Made by a program: the position numbers and the translations under genes. From Candidatus Saccharimonadota bacterium (GTDB lineage: Bacteria; Patescibacteriota; Saccharimonadia; CAILAD01; BJGX01), in assembly GCA_046350735.1 (NCBI GenBank), contig JAXLZU010000001.1, positions 307,950 through 371,949 of the forward strand: a stretch of 64,000 bases of DNA. The letters are read 5' to 3'. Shown one piece after another: positions 29,423-37,895 of this stretch (positions are counted from its first letter, which is position 1; every line of letters begins with the position of its first letter). The notes beneath the pieces are model-generated. The model was not told the origin of the DNA, made no database searches, and saw nothing but the letters and a program-made list of their open reading frames with translations.

Positions 29423-30852
29423 ACAGTAACTTCGGTATCATTTGTAGCTACTTGCGGTAATGGCTGTTCTACCTTTTGTACCTCAGTAGCTCGTTCTAAA
29501 AGATCTATTGGATAATCTCCAGAAAAACATGCAGTGCAGAGTTTATCTTCTGGCAAACCAATTGCTTCTATCATTCCGTTATAACTTAAAAACCCTAGAC
29601 TATCGGCTTTGACATGGTCTTTCATCTGGCTGATAGACATTTTTGATGCCAACAGTTGGGCTTGGTTTGGTGTGTCTATACCATAAAAATCTGGGTATTT
29701 AACAGGTGGTGAGCTAACTCTAATATGTACTTCACGAGCACCGGCATTCTTAAGCATTTTTACAATCTGCTGAGTGGTAGTGCCTCTTACAATAGAGTCG
29801 TCTATTAAGACCACGCTTTTGTCGGCGAGATGCTCGGGCAGAGGGTTAAGCTTCATCTGTACGGCTCGGCTACGCATCTCTTGAGTCGGCTCTATAAATG
29901 TACGGTGAATATATCGGTTCTTAATAAGTCCGTGGTCAAACTCTATACCTAGAGTGTTGGCATACCCAAGTGCTGCCGGAATAGCAGAGTCTGGCACCGG
30001 TATAACTACATCGGCTTTTACTGGCTCTTCGTGTGCTAGTTGTACACCGAGCTGACGTCGCACCTCATTAACTAATTTGCCTGCCAAAATACTGTCTGGA
30101 CGTGCAAAATAAATAAACTCAAAAACTTCTAGCTTAAGATCTGGCTCTTCTATTTGCCAACTCGTAACTCCCTTTGCATCTATGCGCACCAACTCGCCAG
30201 GCTTAATATCGCGCACCAATTTGGCGCCTATCATATCAAACGCACAGGTTTCTGAGGCTACCACATAGCCATCTTTAATTTTTCCAAGTGAGAGCGGCCG
30301 AATGCCGTGCTTGTCGCGAAATGCATACAGACCCTTATGATTAAGTAACACACAACTAAATGCACCAGTAAAGAGTGGCCACGCAGACTGAATAGCATCT
30401 GAGACTGATTGGCCTTGGTACATATAATAGCGAATAGCATCGGTCATCATCTCGCTATCGTTACTACCGCGCTTGAGCAATTTTTTATCTTTTAAAAACT
30501 CCTTGAGTGCGGTAGTGCTAGGTAGGTTGCCGTTATGTGCGAGCGAGATAACATCATCACCGCGATGTACTGGCTGCATATGACGATCGTGCTTGCCACC
30601 CGAGGTAGCATAGCGATTGTGCCCGATAGCCATGTGGCCTTCTAGCTTTTGCAAATCATCTTCTGTATAGACTTGTGCTACTAGGCCGGCCCCGTGGTGT
30701 GAGATAAACCCTTCACCATCGCCACTTACAATTCCCGAGCTTTCTTGGCCTCGATGTTGAAGTGCTGAGAGACCAAAATAGGTAAGTCGTGCAGCCGGTT
30801 GGGTTTTAGTATATACCGCCATTACTGCACACTTTTCTTTTAATTCAGACAA
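29419..30852 (-). CDS. purF: amidophosphoribosyltransferase
   Basis: Short propeptide then nucleophilic Cys (MSELKEKCAV), Ntn glutaminase domain, PRTase motif VVLIDDSIVRGTT, C-terminal Cys cluster; 477 aa. Confidence 0.88.
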   Translation of the reverse strand: MSELKEKCAVMAVYTKTQPAARLTYFGLSALQHRGQESSGIVSGDGEGFISHHGAGLVAQVYTEDDLQKLEGHMAIGHNRYATSGGKHDRHMQPVHRGDDVISLAHNGNLPSTTALKEFLKDKKLLKRGSNDSEMMTDAIRYYMYQGQSVSDAIQSAWPLFTGAFSCVLLNHKGLYAFRDKHGIRPLSLGKIKDGYVVASETCAFDMIGAKLVRDIKPGELVRIDAKGVTSWQIEEPDLKLEVFEFIYFARPDSILAGKLVNEVRRQLGVQLAHEEPVKADVVIPVPDSAIPAALGYANTLGIEFDHGLIKNRYIHRTFIEPTQEMRSRAVQMKLNPLPEHLADKSVVLIDDSIVRGTTTQQIVKMLKNAGAREVHIRVSSPPVKYPDFYGIDTPNQAQLLASKMSISQMKDHVKADSLGFLSYNGMIEAIGLPEDKLCTACFSGDYPIDLLERATEVQKVEQPLPQVATNDTEVTV

Positions 30853-30905
30853 AACTAACCCCTCCTATTTACTTTTATAATTAATTTCATTGTATCATAG
30901 TCCAT

Positions 30906-31445
30906 ATGCTAAAAATTACTTCTGGTACATATGGAGGGCGTAAGTTGGTACAACCAAAAACCGATAAAACTCGTCCGGTAATGGAACGCACTCGCCATGC
31001 GATATTTCAGGTGTTAGGAGATGTATTTGGGATGGTTGTATTGGACTTGTATGCTGGATCTGGTGCATTAGGCCTGGAGGCACTAAGTAATGGTGCGGTT
31101 AGTGCAACTTTTGTTGACTCCTCTCGATTGGCTCAAATGAGTATTGCAGAGAATGTTAATAACCTTGAGGTTCGTGATCAGTCAATTGTCAAACCGATAA
31201 AGGTAGAAAGTTTTTTTGAACAAAATACAGCTAAGTATGATTTAATTTTTCTAGATCCACCATATGCCGAATTTAAGCTTGAAATTCTCGAAGCCGCGAG
31301 CAGTTGTTTGAATGATACTGGCATAATTGTGGTGAGTTGTTCTATGCAAACCAAATTGCCTGAAGAAATCGGCTTAACTAATCTCGTAAAAATAAAAAGA
31401 TATGGTGATACCCAGATTGCTTACTTTAGATATACAAGTCTATAA
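30906..31445 (+). CDS. rsmD: 16S rRNA (guanine966-N2)-methyltransferase RsmD
   Basis: SAM-binding LDLYAGSGALGLEALS and DPPY motif; 179 aa. Confidence 0.85.
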   Translation: MLKITSGTYGGRKLVQPKTDKTRPVMERTRHAIFQVLGDVFGMVVLDLYAGSGALGLEALSNGAVSATFVDSSRLAQMSIAENVNNLEVRDQSIVKPIKVESFFEQNTAKYDLIFLDPPYAEFKLEILEAASSCLNDTGIIVVSCSMQTKLPEEIGLTNLVKIKRYGDTQIAYFRYTSL

Positions 31446-31456
31446 TTACCCTAATA

Positions 31457-32773
31457 ATGAAGAATAATAACAACACTCTTATTATCGAAGGTGGCAAAAA
31501 ACTTTCTGGCACTATAAAAGTACGCGGTGCTAAAAATGCTGTTACAAAGATTATGGTGGCAGCACTACTCAGCGAGCAGCCTAGTGTTATCTCTAATGTA
31601 CCCGATATAGAAGATGTTAGGGTGGTAAGCGAGATGATCCACGAAGTTAGTGGTAGAGTAGAGAATCTTAAAGACGGTGTAATAAAAATAACCCCTGCTT
31701 CATTGCATCAACCCAACACGTCAGCTCTCCATAAGATTGCCGGTACCAGCCGTATACCTATCTTGTTTGCCGGCCCTCTCTTGCACCGTCTGGGTGAGGC
31801 AAAACTGCCAACTCTGGGTGGATGCGAGATTGGCCCTCGACCAGTTGATTTTCATCTTACATCACTCCAAAGTATGGGAGCCGAGGTAGAAGAAGGAGAA
31901 AAAGCACTTGTTATTACTACTCAGAGCCTTAAAGGTGCCAAAATTGAATTAACCTATCCAAGTGTTGGCGCAACCGAGCAAGTATTGCTAAGTTCTGTAC
32001 TCGCCAAGGGGGTTACAGAGTTACGTAACGCTGCTGTAGAACCAGAAATTATCGACCTAATTTGTGTCTTGCAAAAGATGGGTGCAATTATAGAAGTTGG
32101 TACAAATAGGGTTATTACTGTGCAAGGAGTAGAGAAGCTACAAGGCTTTGAACATAGTGTGTTGACTGATCGAATAGAAGTAGCGAGTTGGGCTTGCGTA
32201 GCAGCCGCAACAGATGGCAAGATTTTTATTAAGGGTGCTCAGCAAGAACCAATGATGACGTTTTTGAATACCTTTCGGCGAGTGGGTGGAGAATTTGCAG
32301 TGAAAGGCGATGGTATAGAGTTTTGGCGTGGCCGAGACCTTACCAGTATTACTCTAGAGACCGATGTGCATCCGGGATTTATGACCGACTGGCAGCAGCC
32401 CTTTGTGGTGCTCTTAACCCAGGCAGATGGCAGTAGTACTATTCATGAGACAGTATACGAAGAGCGGTTTGGGTTTACCCAGGCTCTTAATAAAATGGGT
32501 GCACGTATTCAGCTCTACCAAGAATGTCTTGGTGGTACGCATTGTCGGTTTGAAAACAGTAATTATTTACATAGTGCTATTATTAACGGCCCATCAAAAT
32601 TACAGGGTGCTGAAATAGATGTACCAGATTTACGAGCCGGTTTTAGCTATGTAGTGGCAGCCCTTGTTGCACAGGGCAAAACAACAATTAACGGCATAAA
32701 GACAATAGAGCGTGGCTATGAAAAGTTTGAAGACAAATTACGTGCTATTGGTACGGTGATTATTTCAGAATAA
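31457..32773 (+). CDS. murA: UDP-N-acetylglucosamine 1-carboxyvinyltransferase
   Basis: N-terminus LIIEGGKKLSGTIKVRGAKNA; active-site Cys in GGCEIGPRPVD; 438 aa. Confidence 0.92.
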   Translation: MKNNNNTLIIEGGKKLSGTIKVRGAKNAVTKIMVAALLSEQPSVISNVPDIEDVRVVSEMIHEVSGRVENLKDGVIKITPASLHQPNTSALHKIAGTSRIPILFAGPLLHRLGEAKLPTLGGCEIGPRPVDFHLTSLQSMGAEVEEGEKALVITTQSLKGAKIELTYPSVGATEQVLLSSVLAKGVTELRNAAVEPEIIDLICVLQKMGAIIEVGTNRVITVQGVEKLQGFEHSVLTDRIEVASWACVAAATDGKIFIKGAQQEPMMTFLNTFRRVGGEFAVKGDGIEFWRGRDLTSITLETDVHPGFMTDWQQPFVVLLTQADGSSTIHETVYEERFGFTQALNKMGARIQLYQECLGGTHCRFENSNYLHSAIINGPSKLQGAEIDVPDLRAGFSYVVAALVAQGKTTINGIKTIERGYEKFEDKLRAIGTVIISE

Positions 32774-32793
32774 TCTGGTATAATACTTTTTAC

Positions 32794-32880
32794 GCCGCGG
32801 TGGTGGAATTGGTAGACACGCCAGCCTTAGGAGCTGGTGAGGTAACACTCGTGGAGGTTCAAGTCCTCTCCGCGGTACCA
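32794..32880 (+). tRNA. tRNA-Leu (anticodon UAG), class II tRNA with long variable arm, CCA encoded
   Basis: Acceptor GCCGCGG/CCGCGGT, D-arm with AATTGGTAGAC, anticodon stem CCAGC/GCTGG with loop CTTAGGA, T-loop GGTTCAAGTCC, terminal ACCA. Confidence 0.8.
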
Positions 32881-32896
32881 TCATTTGATATCTAGT

Positions 32897-33367
32897 ATGA
32901 AAAAAAATATTACTCAGGCAGAATACAATTTTTTACAAGATCGTTTGAGTAAATTAGATGCTACTGACGCACGCCTAAAACAAGATCTCAAGCATGCGTT
33001 AAATGTAGGAAGTGAGACTTGGCATGACAATGATATGTTTGATACTGCAAAGAATCAAAAGCTTCATGCCGATATAGAACGTGAAGAAATCAATCAAATA
33101 TTACGACAGAGTGAGGTAATAAAAAAAATTCACTCAAATCGTGTAGGTATAGGTACTCTAGTAGAAATACAAGATGAGGACGATAATGTATTAACATTGA
33201 AAATTGGCGGTGATGTAGCCCCTCGTCTAGGTAACAACTGGGTTAGTACAAATGCCCCTTTGCCAAAACTACTCCTCAATAAAAAAGCAGGAGAAATTGT
33301 AACTGGAAAAATTTCAGACGAGAATAGAAAGTATAAAATACTTTCTATATCAATTATCGAACAGTAA
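32897..33367 (+). CDS. greA: transcription elongation factor GreA
   Basis: N-terminal coiled coil with WHDNDMFDTAK-type motif (GreA ...DNAEYDAAK...), C-terminal FKBP-like domain; ~157 aa from ATG 32897. Confidence 0.8.
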   Translation: MKKNITQAEYNFLQDRLSKLDATDARLKQDLKHALNVGSETWHDNDMFDTAKNQKLHADIEREEINQILRQSEVIKKIHSNRVGIGTLVEIQDEDDNVLTLKIGGDVAPRLGNNWVSTNAPLPKLLLNKKAGEIVTGKISDENRKYKILSISIIEQ

Positions 33368-33410
33368 CACGTTATATATTTGGTAATTTTAAAATAAAAA
33401 AACCGAATCA

Positions 33411-33932
33411 TTATGATTCGGTAGTACTACCAATTAGGCCCATTTCTAGAGTTATCTCTGTTAGGGTTAAAGCACCATTTTCTTCAACTTCAATTTCTTC
33501 ATTACAATACATATACACTATCCAAAATCCTGCTATAACTGTAGGAGTAATATTTTCTGGAGAAAAAATTGCTTCATGTGTGACAGACGTAAAGAGATCC
33601 TCAATAGTGATTGGTGAATCTGATTGATAAATCATTCTCAGAATAAATTGGTGTTGCTCTTCTGTCAGCAACGTCCATATCCCAGGTTTATATACCTCGT
33701 ATATTTTACGCAGAGAATCTCGGGGCAATGCAAGATCCCAAACTTTCCTCAGATTTAGCGCATCTTGTGCGGTAAGCCTGGTAAGATTACAATGCTCGAT
33801 AGAACAACTGCGGGGTATTGAACCATCAAGCAAAGAAATACCGCTCGCATCATCCTCGTCTGATTCCGTACAGAGCACTGGATGATGATCACAATCTCTA
33901 TATATGTCACCCGGTAAGAGTTGTATTGTCAT
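33411..33932 (-). CDS. hypothetical protein
   Basis: 173-aa ORF; followed on the minus strand by a CCGAATCAT..ATGATTCGG terminator hairpin at ~33395-33425. Confidence 0.45.
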   Translation of the reverse strand: MTIQLLPGDIYRDCDHHPVLCTESDEDDASGISLLDGSIPRSCSIEHCNLTRLTAQDALNLRKVWDLALPRDSLRKIYEVYKPGIWTLLTEEQHQFILRMIYQSDSPITIEDLFTSVTHEAIFSPENITPTVIAGFWIVYMYCNEEIEVEENGALTLTEITLEMGLIGSTTES

Positions 33933-34014
33933 GGGTACGCCCTTCGTTGGCGAGGAGTCGAAGTTATTCTACATATTTATTAATTATTAGTCAAGAAAAT
34001 AGTAGTTTTGACTA

Positions 34015-34043
34015 TTGACACACTACATTTGTTTTGCTACAAT
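34015..34043 (+). promoter_or_regulatory. near-consensus sigma70 promoter (TTGACA-17 nt-TACAAT) driving the large non-coding transcript
   Basis: -35 TTGACA at 34015-34020, 17-nt spacer, -10 TACAAT at 34038-34043. Confidence 0.75.
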
Positions 34044-34848
34044 CGTAATCACGTTTTTGAACCTTACATTTGCTGCTAAAGAGTAATCTTATGCAGCGAT
34101 AACCAGCTTTTTCTAGAGTATCTGCTTAGCGCGGGTGCACGGTTTGATTCGCCTCATAAAGAATCTGGTTATCGCTGCAGTTTGCAGCAACAGAAGTGTC
34201 ACCGCAGTGTTCTGCGCCTCGCGAGTAATCGCGCTCTGCCCACAGGGGATCGGTGGAGTTGTCGTGTGCCCCAGAACCACACGTTTGCAGCTCTGCCTTA
34301 ATGGTCGGGTATGGGTTAAACTACCAGGCTGCGGTGACACGCCAATCGCTAGCTCGTCATGGATGGCCACGACGTTGGCCGTGAGCTCTCCTGAGCTTGA
34401 AATACGAGCTGGCAGTGATGTGCGGGTTATCTCATGGGTGACCGAACCGAAGTGCGCGCAAGGGAAGACCGATAACCTTGTTCGCTCGGACGATCCTGTG
34501 AGTCGGCAGTAGGCTTCGGTCTCGCCCTCACATCACATGCTCGCGTTCCATCTTGCTTAGTGGGCAGGAATTACCCACCAGGGTGGAACGCACCAATCAG
34601 TGCCGGCTCGCGGAAGCGGGCGAGTACTAGCGGAATCGCCTGTAAAACGGGGGTCTTCGCGAGCCGGCACGTTTTTCCGCGCGCTAGTCTCGCCAGCTGA
34701 GCCATCTCCGGGTGGGGCCAATGCGAGCGGATGCGCCTGAGAGACCGAAGCTGTTGCCAACGGCTGAGGAGCAGTAATTGAGTGCCTACTCCAAAACCAC
34801 TCTTGCCCCGGTCTCTCGGGCGAAATCGAAACAGGTAACTGTTTTGAA

Positions 34849-34917
34849 GGGGACGAAGTTCTTGTGGAAGAACACCTGCCCATCGGCAGGAGGTGTGGTT
34901 CGACTCCACCGTCTCCA
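34849..34917 (+). ncRNA. tRNA-like element inside the large ncRNA (7-bp acceptor, 4-bp D-stem, hairpin with 6-nt loop in place of anticodon arm, tmRNA/tRNA-type T-loop GGTTCGACTCC)
   Basis: GGGGACG...CGTCTCC-A acceptor pairing; GTTC/GAAC D-stem; CCTGC/GCAGG stem with 6-nt loop; the 3' half GTGGTTCGACTCCACCGTCTCCA closely resembles the 3' end of Bacillus-type tmRNA; no encoded CCA. Confidence 0.5.
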
Positions 34918-35237
34918 CTGGTAGTACAATCTCGACGGCGGGCCCTTCCTGTCACCGGCGGAAAGATTGTGCTCCATCCCGGCTTCGGGTCGGGTTGCAC
35001 TAAGGTGTGATGTTCGCTACTAGCGCCTTACGTGTAACTCGGCTCGTCGCCGGACCACCCCCTTGCCTCAATACTAATGTATTGGGGCTTTTCTTATGCA
35101 AACAGGTTGAGTTAAACAAGGTATTATGATATATTTATAAGTATGAATACAGTTAAAACAGCTTGGTTTTATTTTACAAACTCTGTGTCTCGCCGAGGTG
35201 TTTTGCGTTAAAGTCTAAATAGTATGTAATTAATTGT

Positions 35238-35267
35238 AAGCCTCGGCTAAAGCCGAGGCTTTTTTTG
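35238..35267 (+). terminator. rho-independent terminator (AGCCTCGGC-TAAA-GCCGAGGCT + T8)
   Basis: Perfect 9-bp GC-rich hairpin followed by TTTTTTTT. Confidence 0.85.
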
Positions 35268-35335
35268 TTGGTATTACTGTGATTCGCTACAACTTAGAGA
35301 ATCACATCTGTACCTTCAACGCAAAGGAGAAGTAG

Positions 35336-35662
35336 GTGAACAATGTGGTAGTTATGCGGCAATGTACTAACCCATTGGCATACGAATTTGCTGCTCAACT
35401 ACAATTGAGTAACTACCAAAATACAATGTTTTTTACCCAACGGAATATTGAATATTGCCAAAGAGAGCTTGGCAGAGTTGGTATTATGGCCGAACAGATT
35501 GTCCGCCAAGTACTAGCTTTTTACGAAATTCGTACGGTTTTTGTGAGTGATACGCGAATAATGGTGGTGCTAAAAACTGGCAAACAGTGGCAGACACTGC
35601 CTGACCAAATAATGCGTATTGTCGAAAAGGCGCTAGACGAGTACGGAGAACTCCATGAGTGA
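35336..35662 (+). CDS. hypothetical protein
   Basis: 108 aa; GTG start preceded by AAAGGAGA RBS; no recognisable domain. Confidence 0.5.
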   Translation: MNNVVVMRQCTNPLAYEFAAQLQLSNYQNTMFFTQRNIEYCQRELGRVGIMAEQIVRQVLAFYEIRTVFVSDTRIMVVLKTGKQWQTLPDQIMRIVEKALDEYGELHE

Positions 35663-35879
35663 AATAAGCGACGAAAAATTCTTTAAAGCTCTCGACAAAG
35701 ATCTTTACGAAAAATTTCTTTCTCGTGGTGAAGAATACTTCGACGATGCCATGATGCGCTGGGCTTACTTACGAATTCAGGCAGCAAGAGAAGCTAAAAA
35801 ACGTGCCGAATTAGCCAGGCTAGAAAATACCAGAATACAATCTGAGAGTATAAAACTTCGCCGCCCGTACTTTTCTTAA
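35655..35879 (+). CDS. hypothetical small charged protein
   Basis: 74 aa; ATGA overlap with the upstream ORF; the stop codon lies inside the terminator hairpin at 35864-35892. Confidence 0.5.
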   Translation: MSEISDEKFFKALDKDLYEKFLSRGEEYFDDAMMRWAYLRIQAAREAKKRAELARLENTRIQSESIKLRRPYFS

Positions 35880-35892
35880 GTACGGGTTTTTT
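35864..35892 (+). terminator. rho-independent terminator (CCCGTACTT..AAGTACGGG + T6)
   Basis: 9-bp hairpin followed by TTTTTT. Confidence 0.8.
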
Positions 35893-35937
35893 ATTACCCT
35901 AGAAATAGTTTCTGTTTTCTGATAGAATACAACGATT

Positions 35938-37215
35938 ATGATAAAAGTTACAACCAAAAAAGCCCCAAGCCAAGTTATATTAACTATTTCTATAGATGAG
36001 CAATTTATCGCTCCATACAAGCAAGCCGTGCTAAAGCGCCTTAAAAAAGACCTTAAAGTAGCTGGTTTTCGCCCAGGTATGGCACCAGATAATTTAGCCG
36101 AAAAAGAACTAGGCGAAGCTCGCGTGCAAGCTGACGTGTTAGATGAAGTTATTATGCATGCCTATTCTCGAGCAGTGCGCGATGAAAAACTCGAAACCAT
36201 AGCCAGCCCCAAAATTACCTTAAAGAAATTTGTACCATATACCGATTTAGAATTTGAGGCAGAAGCACCAATAATGCCCAAAATTAGTTTTGATCTCACA
36301 AAACTTAAGATTAAACCAATTGAAGCTAAGGTAGACAAAAAAGAAGTCGAAGAAACCCTGCAGGCAATGCAAAAACAAGCCGCTAAAAAGAGCGAAAAGA
36401 AAGGTGCCATTGCTAATGGCGATGAGGTAACATTCGATTTTAGCGGTGTCCGCGAAGGAAAACCAGTAGAAGGCGCTACAGCAACTAACCATGTGTTAGT
36501 AATTGGCAGTAAGCAATTTATTCCTGGTTTTGAAGACAACTTGGTTGGGCTAAAAAAGGGTGATAGTAAAAAATTTACGGTTACGTTTCCTAAAGAATAT
36601 CATGCCAAAGATCTGGCAGGTAAAGATGTAGAGTTTTCGGTAACCATACACAAGATAGAACAAATAGAGCTACCAAATATGGATGATGCATGGGCAAAAA
36701 CTATGGGGCCAGTAAAGAACCTCGCTGAGTTAAAAAAAGATATCGAGAAAACATTACTTACACAAAAACAAACAGAGAGCACTAAGGCCTATGAAAACCA
36801 AGTACTCGAGGCAGCGGTAACTCAGACCAAGTTTGAGGCACCGGCTAGTTTAGTAGAAGAACAAGCCAATCATCTGCGCTCTGAGACAGAAGAGAACCTA
36901 AAAAATTCTGGCTTAGACCTCGACAAATACTTAGAAATTCAAAAACGTAGTCGTGATGATTTTGAGAAAGAACTCAAAACAGAATCTGAAAAGCGTGTTA
37001 AGCTTGGGCTCTTACTTCGACAATTAATTGCAGATGAAAAAATCGTTGTTAGCGATGCCGAAATAGATGGTGAAATTCAAATAATGAAAGAACAATATAG
37101 CGACCCACAAATGCTTGAGCACATAGAGCACGATCATTTTCGTGATGACGTACGCAACCATCTCTTAACCACTAAAGCCGTAAATGTTTTGGTAGAAGCA
37201 GCCGCAAAAAAATAA
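35938..37215 (+). CDS. tig: trigger factor
   Basis: N-terminal ribosome-binding domain, central FKBP-type PPIase segment (GDEVTFDFSGVREGKPVEG...IPGFEDNLVGLKKGD), C-terminal arm; 425 aa. Confidence 0.88.
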   Translation: MIKVTTKKAPSQVILTISIDEQFIAPYKQAVLKRLKKDLKVAGFRPGMAPDNLAEKELGEARVQADVLDEVIMHAYSRAVRDEKLETIASPKITLKKFVPYTDLEFEAEAPIMPKISFDLTKLKIKPIEAKVDKKEVEETLQAMQKQAAKKSEKKGAIANGDEVTFDFSGVREGKPVEGATATNHVLVIGSKQFIPGFEDNLVGLKKGDSKKFTVTFPKEYHAKDLAGKDVEFSVTIHKIEQIELPNMDDAWAKTMGPVKNLAELKKDIEKTLLTQKQTESTKAYENQVLEAAVTQTKFEAPASLVEEQANHLRSETEENLKNSGLDLDKYLEIQKRSRDDFEKELKTESEKRVKLGLLLRQLIADEKIVVSDAEIDGEIQIMKEQYSDPQMLEHIEHDHFRDDVRNHLLTTKAVNVLVEAAAKK

Positions 37216-37254
37216 GCACCAAGCACTATAAGCCAATATTGTGAGTGTGATAAA

Positions 37255-37881
37255 ATGAATGCTATGAAAGAGCGTGGCGAATACAATAATTCTATTTTGG
37301 TCCCCACTGTTGTCGAGAAGACAGCCGGCGGTGAGCGGGCCTATGATATTTACTCGAGGCTCTTAAAAGAGCGCATAATCTTCTTAGGTAGTGAGGTAAA
37401 CGATCAGGTCGCCAATCTAGTGATTGCTCAGTTGTTATTCTTAGAATCTGAAGACAAAACTGCAGATATTAAGCTTTACATAAATAGTCCTGGTGGTAGT
37501 GTATACGCTGGCCTTGCCATGCTCGATACAATGAACCTAATCACTCCAGATGTTAGTACAATATGTGTTGGTATGGCGGCGAGTATGGGGGCGGTACTCC
37601 TTAGCTCTGGCGCTAAAGGCAAACGCTTTGCCTTGCCTAACTCTAAGATAATGATTCACCAAGGTTCGGCCGGATTTTCTGGTACACCTAGCGATATCGA
37701 AATAACTGCCAGAGAAGTACTAAAGAGTAGACAAAAGCTAGATGAGATATTGGCCGAGAATACTGGTAAGAGTATAGATCAAGTACATAAAGATACCGAC
37801 AGAGATTATTGGATGAGCGCTGCAGAAGCTAAAACATATGGGGTAATAGATAGCGTTGTTGCCAAGCGCGACAAAAAATAA
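37255..37881 (+). CDS. clpP: ATP-dependent Clp protease proteolytic subunit
   Basis: Active-site Ser context [11 protein letters not shown], His in MIHQ; 208 aa. Confidence 0.92.
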   Translation: MNAMKERGEYNNSILVPTVVEKTAGGERAYDIYSRLLKERIIFLGSEVNDQVANLVIAQLLFLESEDKTADIKLYINSPGGSVYAGLAMLDTMNLITPDVSTICVGMAASMGAVLLSSGAKGKRFALPNSKIMIHQGSAGFSGTPSDIEITAREVLKSRQKLDEILAENTGKSIDQVHKDTDRDYWMSAAEAKTYGVIDSVVAKRDKK

Positions 37882-37895
37882 CGAGCAAATAAGCT

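Larger units (their letters stand above)
34050..35267 (+). ncRNA. large (~1.2 kb) GC-rich structured non-coding RNA of unknown class with embedded tRNA-like module
   Basis: No ORF over 150 aa on either strand, only overlapping random-looking ORFs; G+C roughly 55-60% against ~40% flanks; long perfect helices (15 bp 34092-34106/34165-34179; 13 bp 34600-34612/34658-34670; 8 bp 34739-34746/34810-34817; 8 bp 34543-34550/34584-34591); framed by the promoter above and the terminator below. Confidence 0.65.

Noticed and set aside
34544-34916. Interpretation of the 3' part of the GC-rich region as a standard ~360-nt tmRNA
   Set aside because: The only good partner for the CGTCTCC acceptor strand is the GGGGACG just 60 nt upstream, not ~350 nt upstream, and I could not find a tag-peptide frame ending in a Ala-Ala-type codon run. 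It is kept as a tmRNA-like module rather than called ssrA.
34113-35000. Several 85-147-aa ORFs on both strands in the 34.1-35.0 kb region
   Set aside because: They overlap one another in all frames, have Arg/Pro/Gly-rich random-looking translations, and lie in the GC-rich segment where stop codons are rare by chance. I interpret the region as non-coding structured RNA.
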